The translations under genes were made by a program, and so were the position numbers. Source: Octopus vulgaris (taxonomy: Eukaryota). From it: DNA of 64,000 nt. Below are positions 41,101-54,530 of the stretch, in pieces. The notes under the pieces were generated by a model that ran no database searches, was not told the DNA's origin, and worked only from the letters and a program-made list of their open reading frames with translations. Numbering within the stretch: position 1 is the first letter of the stretch; every line of letters begins with the position of its first letter. The stretch lies in assembly GCA_951406725.2 (NCBI GenBank), contig OX597826.1, positions 18,848,001 through 18,912,000 on the forward strand, read 5' to 3'.

Positions 41101-41844
41101 GAATAATTAAAAATCAAGAAGAGCAAGTCAGAGGGAGGCCTATACGCAGCAAAACAGCCCTCTAAGCCTGCTAATCATACTCTATTTATTCTTTTATAAA
41201 TGAACATATTAGATGAGGTAGTCATGGTTGGAACATTCTAGATCATAGCACACTGACCAGGAGCTGAGCAATAACAACTCTATCAACTACTTAGTGATTA
41301 TTTTATCAAGGTGTTTCCATACTTGGCATCTTAATGAGACCTGAACAGCTGAAACCCACATCTCCCCCAGTTCCGGCGCAGTTGCTAATTTGTGCAGCCA
41401 GAATTGTTGGTATCAAAGATGAACCACACACAGGCACCGTACGAAGTATTTAGTGAGAGCTTAGAACTAAGAGAAGAGTCTTACTTGAACTAGAATGGTG
41501 TGCATCACTCATAGCAGAACAGCTTTGAGTAAAACATGATGAACAGTTGAAATGAAAGATGTCATTCACTTAGCTCAATACTTCATCTGGTATTTTGTGT
41601 GAAAGTTGTCAGCCTGTCACACTTACTTCAAGATCTATTTTATACACTTGACCCATCACCTCCACACTTTAACCTTTCTCACTTGTCTCGCTTCTCCTCC
41701 CCCCTCTTCCTCCCTCCTTTCTTTCTTTCTCTCTCCCTCCCCAGGCTCTCATATACACATTAAATATTATATCATCTATAATATTCACTCCCTCATTTAA
41801 CTTCTCTCCCTTTCTCTCTCTGTCTCTGTCTCTCTCTGTCTCTC

Positions 41845-41918
<74 letters not shown>

Positions 41919-42204
41919 CTATCAATCCCTCCATATACCACTTTCTAATTGGCTTACCTTCACTATCTCCTTAAACCAGAGCATTTGTATGCGTGAGTGT
42001 ATGCAAGAGCAAGTGTGCATATGCATGTGTATGTGTGTGTAGGTGTATAAATGTAAAAGGATATACAGTTTTATATTTCTTTCCTTGAACACCTATCCAA
42101 CCTACATACCTATCAAAGGTTTTTTTTAACTAACATTGTTGTTGTTGGCAGTGATGGTGATGATGATGATGGATGATAAAAAAATTAGAGATGAATGGTT
42201 GCTG

Positions 42205-42236
<32 letters not shown>

Positions 42237-42569
42237 GGTGGTGATGGTGAGGCTGGTAATGTTGAAGAGGATGAAGATGATGGCAATAATAATGATGAGA
42301 TGGTAGAAGATATCATTGGTGATAATGATGGTTATAATGATGACTAACACAGTAATTATCATTTTTAATTAATTTGCTCGTTTATCTTCCCTTCATAATT
42401 TTGCATTTTTGATTATTTTTATTCAGTGTATTCTTTGGTTGTTGTTGTTGTTGGTGGTGGTGGTGGCGGCGGCGGCGGCGGTGGTGGTATCAGTGATGGT
42501 GTCAGTGATGGTGTTGGTGGTGGTGGTTCTGTTTTGGGAGTTTGCTGTGATTATGTTGTTATTATTGTT

Positions 42570-42940
42570 GATTAGCTCTGGGTCAGCTTTGATTGAGCAG
42601 ATTTATGATAAAAATTGTTCCAGTCATAATCACCCCCCCCCACCTTATCTACAGTCATATTATCCAATGCTTCCTTTATTTTTTAAGATGATAGAGTGTG
42701 ATAGGAAAAGATTTGGCAGCTATCTCTAACAGGTAAAGCAACAAAGATTCCTTGTTCTTGTTTAAGCTGGTTGATCAAACCAATGGTAAAGGCATTCCAG
42801 CCATAACCATCACTGCTGTTATTTAAACATAGTGTACCACAAACAACATTATCTAATGTGTCCTTTTAAAATGGGAATGTAATTTGAGGGAGATTTGGCT
42901 GCTGTTTCTTGCCAACTGAGGAACCCACGTGGTAAGCCCC
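42570..42940 (+). mobile_element. Two tandem copies of a short interspersed repeat (related pieces at about 100-210, 14900-14975, 41100-41270 and 63800-63860)
   Basis: Shared ttccagycataa and gatttggcwgctrtytct motifs. Confidence 0.55.
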
Positions 42941-43049
42941 AAATTTGGATTGTCTTATTGTTTGTTGTTGTTATTGTTTCTACCCAGATTATCTCTGACT
43001 GAACAGATCTATGGCACCCATGCAACCAATCAAATGATGAAGCATCACC

Positions 43050-44720
43050 GACCAAGTCCACCTAGTCTAATGTCCATATTGCATACTCAGATATGAGGGG
43101 ATGATTTTACGGAATATAGTGGTGTGTATAGCTATAGATTTTGGTAATGGAGTAGAAGCAGGCAAGATGGACTCAGAGTGCAATAGCTGCTGTTCATCTG
43201 CACAAACACAGTGCTTGTGACCAGCAAGGCTTTTGATGCTGCAGGTATGTTTGTCTGGTATGAATACGATTGTTCTTAGAAGGTTGTTGTAGTATACTCT
43301 AAGTAATATATAAGGGTCTGGGTGTTTGAAAACGGTTTAGGGGGTGTAGTAACTAGGACTGAGGAAGCTTGAAACATCATTGGAACAACAAACTGTGCTG
43401 CTCCTTACATCTCTCGGTGGTCTTTCATTTTTAATATCTTTGTTGTGCAGGTGGTCTGCAGTTGTGATCTGAGCACACACTGTGATGATGCCTTGTTTGC
43501 AGCTTTTAGAGTTCATTGTAGAAAGATTGACATCCCAGATAGATCTATTATTGATCTATGATTGATCTAATGCATTACATGTGTGCCATGCCATTGTTAC
43601 TTCTTCCTCTTGACCAAATGTAGTACTGTGGTTGTTTTAAGTATTTTTGTGCATCCTTTTACTTTCTATATTTTGTCTTCTATTTATGCTGAGAAGTTGT
43701 GCAGGAACTGCATGTAGTTCTAAACATTTTTTTATCCTCCATATGTGCACGATATATTCATGTTGCCTGGGTGTGTTGTTTGGCTGTATTTGATGTTCTC
43801 TAGTGTTAAGAAAGGAGACTAAATATAGTAGGTGTTCCTTTAAGTTTGTCGTTTTGCAGTTGAGTGTCTATATGGTTCATGTTGGCTTGGAGTAGCTGCA
43901 CAACAGTATGGGAGATTGTGGGTGTGATGTCATCTGCATATGAAATTATGCACATGTTTAGTGGAGGTGTGAGATAGTTGAGTAGATATAGGATGAAAAG
44001 AGTTGCTTAAAGAAAGGATCCTTATGGGACCCCATTAAGGAAATTATAGGTTTTGAAAGCTATTAACAGGTAGATTGCCAGCCAGGAGTTACTGTTGCTT
44101 TTAAAATGGTTTTGAGTATTTTTTGGTTAAGTTGGGAGCTGGGGATTATATCAAAATCTTTGCTGATGCTGATGATTGTTAGAATGGTATGTGTGGAGAT
44201 TTTGGGATGTTGAGGTCAGCATGTATTTTCTATGGTTGATTTATGAGTAGCGTCTACATCTGAGTTGCAGTCAAAGTTGGAGATATGTAGGTTATCAATG
44301 CCCAGCATTAACCTTTCAATAGTTTTTAAGCATGAGTACAGAAGGGCAGTCAGTATCTGTGATCTTATTTCATTTGGGATTTTTGTTGGGATTTAAAATC
44401 ACTATAACATTTCTGACCTCCCAGATTTTGGGAATTTGACCCTGTTGGTATGGTGTAATTGCTATCGATGAGTGCAGTTCTTCCATCAGGCCGAAGCTGT
44501 TTTAAATGTAGGTCTGTGATTTGTTTGGTCCTGAGAATATTGTGTTTTTTGATTCCCCAATTGTTTCAGGGAAGCAAAGGGTCAAAGTCATGATCTACAT
44601 AGAAAGTGCATTTTTTTTTGCTTTGTGCTTTTGTGTTTTTGTGAGGCTTTTGTTGGTTAATTTTCAAGAAATCGCTCATAAATGTTTTTTTTTAATCAGG
44701 TCACAGTATGGATATGTTAT
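43050..44720 (-). pseudogene. Degraded Jockey/I-type LINE reverse transcriptase
   Basis: Minus strand: QIPKIWEVRNVIVILNPNK, LKTIERL, GVP*GS, IISYADDIT. Confidence 0.75.
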
Positions 44721-44904
44721 TTAAGCTTGTTATTGTGATATTGGTGGGGGAGGAGATGCAACTATTGTTATTGTTGTTAATATTGTCATTAATTTCTTCA
44801 GATGCCACTTTGCTGGTCGTTTCGTGGTTTATGTGAGATACAGTGCTTTCTATTTTCTATTTCTTTACAATTTGTTTATTTGTTTATTGTGGTGGTTAAT
44901 GCAA

Positions 44905-45100
44905 TGTGTGGGCTGGCGGAGCATCAGGAAAATTGCTCTGTGGCATTTGTTCCTGCTCTTTATGTTCTGAGTTCAGATCCCATGAAAATCAAATTTGCCT
45001 TTCATCTTTTCAAAAATTGATAAAATAAAGTACCAATCAATAGTTGGCAGTCGATGCAATTAATTAACCCTTCTTCTCTTAAAAGTTGCTGGCCTTGTGG
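44905..45100 (+). mobile_element. SINE family B, degraded
   Basis: tttgcctttcatctttt ... gataaaataaagtacca. Confidence 0.75.
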
Positions 45101-45459
45101 TGGTGGTGGTGGTGGTGGTGATGATCTTATTTGGTTCTTTCATTCATGCAAATGATATACTGAGTGGAAAAATTTTCAGTCAAGTGAGCTTAACCAAATG
45201 ATTAGCAGAAGAAAACTCCTACAAGACGTATTTAAAACCTAAAACCAACATAATCAACTTGTGTACACAACTTAGTTGTGTTAGACCTTTTCCACAAATG
45301 GTCTATTCTATTCAGCTGACAACATACTGTGATCTATTTACCTCTCTGTCTATTTGTCAACTTCTCTCTCTCTCTCTTTCTGTATGTGTGTGTATGTGTG
45401 TGTGTGTGTGCATGTGTGTGTGTATGATTATGCACATGCATGCATATATACATAAGAAT

Positions 45460-45640
45460 GTCTGTCCTGGTGCCATATAAAAAGCATCCAGTACAGTTTG
45501 TAATGTGGTTGATGTTAGGAAGGGGATCCAGCAATAAAAACCAAAACAGACAACTGGTTTCTTGCCAGCCCCTGACAAACAATCCAATCCCTGCCAGCAT
45601 GGAAAATGAACGCTAAAGGATGAAAGGATGATGATAAGGA
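45460..45640 (+). mobile_element. RTE-type 3' UTR element, degraded
   Basis: gtggttgatgttaggaaggggatccagc ... tgccagcatggaaaatgaacgctaa. Confidence 0.6.
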
Positions 45641-45671
45641 TAATGATATACACGTACACACATATATATAC

Positions 45672-46317
<646 letters not shown>

Positions 46318-46319
<2 letters not shown>

Positions 46320-46662
46320 TAGGAATATATGTGGTAAGTAGCTTGCTTACCAACAACATGGCTCCAGGTTCAGTCCCAGTGCGTGGTACCTTGGGCATTG
46401 TTTTCTACTATAGCCTCGGGCCAATCAAGCCTTGTGAGTGGATTTGGTAGACAAAAACTGAAAGAAGCCCATGTGTGTGTGTGTGTGTGGAGCATTGCAT
46501 TTTTCATCGAACAAATCAACCCCAGGACTTATTCTTTGTAAGCCTAGTACTTATTCTATCGATCTCTTTTGCCAAACTGCTAAGTTACAGGGACTTAAAC
46601 ACACCAACATTGGTTGTCAAGCAATGGTGAGGGTACAAACACAGACACACAAACACACACAC

Positions 46663-46709
<47 letters not shown>

Positions 46710-46740
46710 AATGACTGAAGCATGTAAAAGAATAAAAGAA
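46318..46740. mobile_element. SINE family A with an internal inversion
   Basis: Head on + (46318-46470), middle on - (46488-46708), tail on + (46709-46740). Confidence 0.8.
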
Positions 46741-47199
46741 AACAAGATGTGGACCTGTTGACCCCTCATCAGTTATTGACCAAGAATCATTACAAAATTG
46801 CCCTGTTCTGTTGTTGCTAAGATTGTTGATTGATTCTGGTAGCATCAACAGCAAAAAGCAGACGGGATAAGTGAGCAAACATAAACAAATGATAAACAAC
46901 AACAGAATTGGAACATAAGGGAAAATAACACAGATGGTTGGTACATATATGAATAAATGTTCACATTTAAAGGCCTTTTGGCTATAAGACAGCATTGAGA
47001 GAAGAAATATGGAGAAGTAATGCTAATGGAAAAGTTTGTCCTATAGGACTTAAAAAGCAAAGTAGAGAGATAGAAAGAAAGGAGGAAAGATTGAAGAGAG
47101 TGAGCAAAAAATAAGATGAACCTGAAAGGGAAAATAACTGATGAGGGGGTCAACAGGTCCACATCTTGTATTCTCTTAGTCATTTATTTATATGTATAT

Positions 47200-48820
47200 A
47201 AATATTATGCTAACTCTGCTAACTTAAAGCAGCATATGCACTGCATAAACAATAATAAAGTGCAACAACAGTTCAATAACTTACTTACAGGATCTAGCAA
47301 ACATATGCATCTAAATATCAATGAAGGAGTTGTAAGCCACAATGAAAAGCACCAAATACTGCCAAATTGTGATAGTTGAAATGCTTATGATATAGCTAAC
47401 ATGGTAACAATGTCAGAAAATGAAGTTAGAACTGCCATATATACAAATACGTAAGATTTGCAGAGAAAAATCAAAATGCCCATTCATGAACTGCTGTATG
47501 AGTACAAATCTTCTATATAAATGTACTGCACACACAAAGGGAAGGCCATATGTTTACATTGGGCAGACAGCTGATTTATTTAAGAATCGTTTTTGCAACC
47601 ATGTTGCCAGCTTCAAGAGAATCAATAAAAGACATTCAATGCCTTCAGCCAATTTTGTGTGGTGACTGAAAGAAAATAAAATTAAGTACAACATAACTTA
47701 ATCCGTAATAAGGCACACAAAACCATACAATATGATTTCCAGGAGATGCCGACTCTGCTCTGAGGAATCCCTGTCTATTCTGTGGATCAATGAGAAGATC
47801 ATTATTAGAATTTCTGAAAGACTCTCAAGATGCCTTCATGCACGTCAATGTACTTTTGCACAATGCAGTGAGAATGAATTCGCGTAATTGTTAACATAAT
47901 TTACTTTAAGGTATGGATGAATTAAGTTTAGCTTTAACCTCCCTATTCTTATAAACATGAAGTATCTATTTAGCTTGCTATGTGAATATGAGTGCACCAA
48001 ACCACATGTGTGTGTATGCTTATATCTTCGTGGATGCTTGTATGAGAATGCAGCTTGTGCGAGGGCGTTTATACATCCATATCTATTAATAGTTTATTTT
48101 TAATACTATTCTCGCTGTCTTGCATCTTCATTTCTTTTTTGCATCTGTTATTTATTTTTGATTTTTCTTTGTGTGTGTGTGTGTGTGTCTCTGTTTGTGT
48201 GTGTGTGTGTGTGTGTGTGTCTCTGTTTGTGTGTGTGTGTGTGTGTCTCTGTTTGTGTGTGTGTGTGTGTGTCTCTGTTTGTGTGTGTGTGTGTGTGTGT
48301 GTGTCTCTGTTTGTGTGTATGTGTGTGTGTCTCTGTTTGTGTGTGTGTGTGTGTGTGTGTGTCTCTGTTTGTGTGTGTGTGTGTGTGTGCTATTTTTATC
48401 TTTCTTTGTGTGTTGCTCACAAATATTTGTGTATTTATATGTATAATATGTACACATGTGTGTATTTATATTTATAAAGTTGGACGTCTTACATGAAATG
48501 ATTAAGGAATTGATCTATGGTGAATGCAGTTCACAATAAAGATACCAGGGCCAATGACAGGTAGACAATCATGATGTTCCAATAAGTAACCTCGTATGAT
48601 CTGTAATTTTATTTATTTATCCCAAAATCCCATACAGTCTTGTGTAGCTTTGTATATTTTCATCCAAGATGGAGACAAATATTTACATTCCCATGTGGCA
48701 GGCTTGATAAATTAAGAGATTTCTTTCTACATGAAACCATTGGTAGCTTTGTTAACCCCAAAATAAAGGATATTTATCCACCAATGTGGTATTGAGCACT
48801 CACTCACACTGTTATATGTT
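47200..48820 (+). mobile_element. Penelope-like (Neptune-type) 3' fragment: GIY-YIG pseudogene at about 47450-47880 plus 3' region
   Basis: CREKSKCPFMNCCMSTNLLYKC..VYIGQTADLFKNRFCNHVASFK..FVW*LKE..KPYN..RRCRLCSEE. Confidence 0.85.
48168..48389. repeat. Minisatellite of about 7 units, tctctgttt(gt)n, 26-32 bp each
   Basis: Seen directly. Confidence 0.9.
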
Positions 48821-48840
48821 AGCATATCTATGTATCTATG

Positions 48841-48893
<53 letters not shown>

Positions 48894-48934
48894 GTTTGTC
48901 TGGCTGTCTGTCTGTTTATCTGTTTATCTTTTTA

Positions 48935-48977
<43 letters not shown>

Positions 48978-48980
48978 CTA

Positions 48981-49021
<41 letters not shown>

Positions 49022-49023
<2 letters not shown>

Positions 49024-49725
49024 GCACATGACAAACACCATCCGATCGTGGCCGTTCGCCAGCCTCATCTAGCACCTGTGTCGGTGGCACATAAAAACAC
49101 CATCCGAAGACCCGGCAAGACTAGTCAGGCCATAACCCATGGCCCCTACCTGGGACGTAGTCAGTCCACCTGTGCATACCTTCCTTCTTGTGACACTTGT
49201 GAAGACCTGTTGAGGCAAGTGAAAATCAAAACAAATCAAAATAGATGAACATCAATGGAATTTGTATCTTTGTGGTACCAGTGCCGGTGGCACGTGGCAC
49301 ACAAGAAAACCATCCGAACGTGGCCGTAGCCAGTACCGCATCGACTTGCCTCCGTGCTGTGGGCACGTAACAAGCACCTTCCGATCATGGCCGTTTGCCA
49401 GCCTCATCTGGCACCTGTGTCGGTGGCACATAAAAACACCATCCGAGCGTGGCCGTCTGCCAGCCTCGTCTGGCACCTGTGTCGGTGGCACATAAAAAAA
49501 CACCATCCGAGCGTGGCCGTTTGCCAGCCTCGTCTGGCACCTGTGTCGGTGGCACATAAAATCACCCACTACACTCTCGGAGTGGTTGGCGTTAGGAAGG
49601 GCATCCAGCTGTAGAAACACTGCCAGATCTGACTGGACTGGTGCAGCTTTCGGGCTCCCCAGACCCCAGTTGAACCGTCCAACCCATGCTAGCATGGAAA
49701 GCGGACGTTAAATGATGATGATGAT
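49022..49725 (+). mobile_element. Young RTE-type LINE 3' end containing a roughly 61-bp tandem array and (GAT)n tail
   Basis: Unit ggcacataaaaacaccatccgagcgtggccgtttgccagcctcgtctggcacctgtgtcggt. 3' end homologous to 13330-13480. Confidence 0.8.
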
Positions 49726-50179
49726 ATATATATATATATCTGAAAGAGAGACAGACAGACAGACAGACAGAGATTAAATGCCGTGTCACTGGGCATGGTT
49801 ATCCACAATATGACAGAGGGAAGTACCTCAGGGCAGCATTCTGCATACTAAATTCAAACACAGTAGGGTCTCACAACTGTGAAAGCAGAGTGTAGTAACT
49901 GGAGTTAAACAACAGCAACAACAGTCAGGCATATCTCAGATACTATTATCAACTTTCCATGCCATTTCACCTCTTCTGCTGAGAGTTGCGGCATACCTAT
50001 CCTCTTACTGACTGAAAAAAAGTATTGTTCTTCAGAAATGGTTCTCGATAAATTTCCAGGAAACAATGGAAAAGAAGAGAAAATATTATCTCAGATTAAT
50101 CTGCTGATTGTGGGAAATTTATGGTGAAATGTAATCAATTGAGTTTTAAATAATTTATTGAACAATGATATGTGTGTGA

Positions 50180-50211
<32 letters not shown>

Positions 50212-50469
50212 TTGTGTGTGAGATTGAGTGTTTGAATGTGTGTGTGTGTGCATGGGAGTGACTGCATGTGTGTTTGTAATGTTATTAGATATACATATGA
50301 ATATATATATGTATCTCTGTAGGTATCTATCTATTTATCTATTTATCTCTCTATCTGTGCATTCATGTATGTATATATATATATATAAATATATATAAAT
50401 AGATAGATAGACAGTTACACCAATATATATATATGTATGTATGTACACACACAAATACATACATACATG

Positions 50470-50514
<45 letters not shown>

Positions 50515-50701
50515 GTATTTGTGTGTGTGTGTGTATTGTGTGTACATTTATGTATAAAACTAGGACACAGCCTATATGTGTTTAAAAGAAAAATTGTTTC
50601 TCTTCAATATATGCATACATATACACACACATGTATACATCTATCCATTTATCTGTCTATCCATTTATCTAGCTATCTATATATTTATATATATATGTAT
50701 G

Positions 50702-50755
<54 letters not shown>

Positions 50756-52859
50756 GTGGTGGTCATCATCATTGTTGTCATCATCATCATGGTAAACAAA
50801 GAAACAGAGACAATGTGGTGTAGAGAGGAATCTTCAGTTGTATTGAGAATAAGAAAACTTCTATAATGCTAGTGCCTTAATAAGCTGAACCTGTTACATT
50901 CAGTATCCAGCTTTAGAGACTATGACAAAAGTGGAACCTCCAAGCAATATATGGTCTCCAACCCTACGAGAATGAAGGTAACCCAACATCAAAATTGATT
51001 CAAACCATAGACACATATGGACAGGTAGAAGAATGGAAGTAGAATGCTGATAATAAGGATGAGGATGATGTACATAGAAATACACACACATGCATGCTTG
51101 TGCACATGTGCATGCATGCATGCACACATGCACACACAGACACACACACACACACAAATCATCAAAGAGAATTTCATCTATTTTGAAAGTTCATTTTAGT
51201 CAGTCTTTGTAACAGTGGAAGGGACATCCTTGTGGTCCGCCTCTCGTGGTTAATGCACTGAAGAAAATTTGATTAGGAATTTATCCTTTCTCTCTAAACA
51301 CTTGTAATCAACATATGGTGAATCATTTTATGCTTTGGCAGCATAACTGGTTATGTTGTCCATCTGTTTGATGTTTAAGATGGTTCAAGATTTTTATGGA
51401 AACACTGCAGGTGTTTAATGTCCCTACAATAAAATATTCATGTTTCACAACTGTATGATAATTTTGAAGTGATGGCAGCTTGATATGCCATCAGTTTCAT
51501 TTTGGTGGGTATTTTTAGGGACCTGTTTTGCTGCTTTCCTAAATATTGCACAGGCTGATTCAATTCTGTGTTCTACATCCCTTTTGAAACTATATTTGTT
51601 GAAATAAATATTGTGCAAGTGTCAGTTGAGGAAGAACAAACCAATGTGCTGGGATGAGCAGCAGAAAATCTGACTAAAATGTACAAACTCTCGTGACCTC
51701 AGCTCCAAAGTGTGGAGCCCCACCAGAAAAAAATTTCTAATTTTGACAGTTTATGACATCCTGCTGAGCCCACCGTTTGTTCCACTGGGAAAAGTGTTCC
51801 CCATGGCCCAAAGAGAGGAACCCTGGAACAGTTGTCCAAAAGTCCTGTAGAAGGAATGATTCAAATAATATAAGAAGCTACAGTGATATGGAGGGCATAA
51901 CCACACATAATATGATGGAATAGTGGGGGGATGTTCCTGTCAAGACTTTTATAAAATATGAGCAGAAAAGGCCAGCTCTAATGTTCTGGAAGATAGAAAA
52001 GAAACTGTGCACAGCATTTGAAATTGGTTGCTCAGTAGATGTCAACATAAAGTGAAAAAGACTTCTAACTGCTGAGAAATCTATGACTAATATATCAGAA
52101 TGTCCCTCTCCCTAGAAGGATGCTGTGACAACAGCTAGGGGTCTCTGGGTGATTGTACTCCACATCTTGATATCAACCAAGGATATACCTGCATCCCTGC
52201 ACTCACATGGATCGTCACCACATATGCTGACTAACCCATAGCTTGGACCCTGACAGGTGCTTCTACTCTGAATCAGAGTAGACCTGGGAACAATGCTGGC
52301 TGAGAGGTGGTTCCACATTTGTCAAAACCCTGGAACTCTTGAGCCAGAGTTCACCTATCAGAAAAAGTGAAGAAATCAAGTTATATATATGTGTGTGTGT
52401 TTGTGTGTTGTGTGGGTGTGTATATATGTGTGTGTGATATTCATACACACACGTATACAATATGTGTATGTGCCACCACTACATAACAGAAGAGTCAATC
52501 AGACAGGTCTCATATCATACATGTCTCATATCATACATGTGTCTCTGTAAGTCTGTATACACACTCACATACACATGATATATATAAAGATATGCATATA
52601 AGTAAATCTAATATATATATATATTATATATATAAGGTATATATATTATATATATATAATATGTATTATATATGGTTCTTTCATTTGAAAGATGGAAGAT
52701 GGAAGATATGAAAATATTTATTAATCCCATGAATTGTTTTGACACATCTACCTTCGATCCCTCATGGGTGGGATACTTAACAACTGGTTCAGGAGCATCC
52801 AGTGGTGCAGATGTGTTTCATCGGTGATAAATAGATATAATTCATTAAAATAACAGTTC

Positions 52860-53122
52860 CGCAATGTATCTTCTCATTTCATGTAAGGACAAGCAGCAAA
52901 ATAAAGAATATATCTTCATTTATACTGAAGATCAAAAATAAAATAACAGATGCAAAAAAGAAATGAACATGCAAGACAGCGAGAAAAGTATTAAAAATAA
53001 ACTATTAATAGATATGGATGTATAAACGCCCTGGCGCAAGCTGCATTCTCATACAAGCACCCACAAAGATGTAAGCATACGCACACATGTGGTTTGGTGC
53101 ACTCATATTCACATAGCAAGTG
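52860..53122 (-). mobile_element. Second copy of the Penelope 3' region seen at 47972-48162
   Basis: 52931-53120 is a close reverse complement of 47972-48162. Confidence 0.85.
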
Positions 53123-53794
53123 GGATCTTTTCCTTTTGAATGGCAGTTTTCAACATAATTCCTAGTTAACTAAACATTTTTAAACTTCATACATTTTTTT
53201 CTCTTGGCTTTCTTGAGAAAATTGTAATTTGTAAGTTTAACGTAGTTTAATTTTTCGAATTTTAACCAATCCTATGGCCTCTATTGAGCTAAAATCATTT
53301 GCTGCGTCTAAAACAGACAACATCCTGTCACTAACCCTAACCCTCACCCTAACCCTAAATTTTAGCCTTTCGTTTTTTTTCTTAATTGTTAAATCATTTA
53401 ATTGTTACGCGTGTGTCTAAAATTATTCATTTTGTTTTGTTTTGAGTTTTTGCTTTCGTTTTAGCCTTTCGGTTTTTTTTTCTTAATTATTATCCTTAAA
53501 TTAATTTAACAATTAAAAAAAAAAACGAAAGGATTAAATTTAGGGTTAGGGTGAGGGTTAAGGTTAGTGACAGGATGTTGTCTGTTTTAGACGCAGCAAA
53601 TGATTTTAGCTCAATAGAGGCCATAGGATTGGTTAAAATTTGAAAAATTAAACTATGTTAAACTTACAAATTATAATTTTCTCAAGAAAGCCAAGAGAAA
53701 AATTTTTTTTATTTTGACACATTCTACCAGTATACGAAGTTTAAAAGTGTTTAGTTAACTAGAAATTGTGTTGAAAACTGCCGTTCAAAAGGAA
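53123..53794. mobile_element. Foldback MITE (Merlin-like) with arms of about 265 and 290 bp carrying telomeric repeats
   Basis: Arms 53130-53393 and 53505-53794. (CCCTAA)n at 53331-53358 and (TTAGGG)n at 53540-53567. Left end GGATCTTTTCCTTTTGA; right end clipped. Confidence 0.85.
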
Positions 53795-53796
53795 CA

Positions 53797-54261
53797 CCGT
53801 ATGTATTGTGTGTCTTGCCAGTCCACTTTCACGAGCTGCTTGACATGTTGATTTTTGCAGGCTGTGACTAAACATTTCCTGCACAGTTGCCATGTTCTCC
53901 GCTGATCAGGATGTGGTTGGACGGCCACTTATTGCATCGTTCACAGAGCCCGTGGTCATCAACTTTGCATGACAATTTTTCATTGTCTCCAGACGTAGTG
54001 TTGCATGCTTACCTTTCCATGCATGCCACCATCTCTGAACTAAAGCAATGGAATTCCATTCTTCATAGCATGCTGCTATCTTAGCTCACCCCTGAACAGT
54101 CAAGCGACCATCCACCTGGAAAATAAGAAATAAGACAATAAGAAAATTAAAAAATCCCTATTAGTGTTGTCTGTTTAGAAAATGTTTTTGTCATGACTTC
54201 AGTGATACTAAAGATTCTATAAACTATTTCTAATGCCCAGTTACTTTCCAATCACCCTGTA
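53797..54261 (-). pseudogene. Tc1/mariner-superfamily element 5' part: TIR plus transposase N-terminal HTH fragment
   Basis: Minus strand ta-cagggtgattggaaagtaactggg. Translation has KLMTTGSVND..SGRPTTS*SAENMATVQEMFSHSLQKSTCQAARESGL. Confidence 0.8.
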
Positions 54262-54320
54262 TACTACATATTTACTATATATATCTATCTATATATATAT
54301 ATATTCTTCATTTTTTAATC

Positions 54321-54356
<36 letters not shown>

Positions 54357-54476
54357 GATTAATTAAAAAATGAAGAAAAAAGATAAAACCAACAACGCGA
54401 AGACATAGTACATGCAAAATATTAATGAGACACATATATATATATATCTATATATCTATATATATATATATATATA

Positions 54477-54528
<52 letters not shown>

Positions 54529-54530
<2 letters not shown>

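Noticed and set aside
49278-49560. CRISPR-like regularly spaced repeats
   Set aside because: The units are contiguous with no unique spacers, the context is a eukaryotic LINE 3' UTR, and there are no cas genes.
53331-53567. Chromosome end or telomere-fusion scar
   Set aside because: Only about 4.5 units per side, in a polarity opposite to an end-to-end fusion, and embedded symmetrically in MITE arms.
54304-54377. Small palindrome centred on (TA)n
   Set aside because: The arms are only about 20 bp of AT-rich sequence, explainable as an inverted tip of the adjacent terminal fragment.
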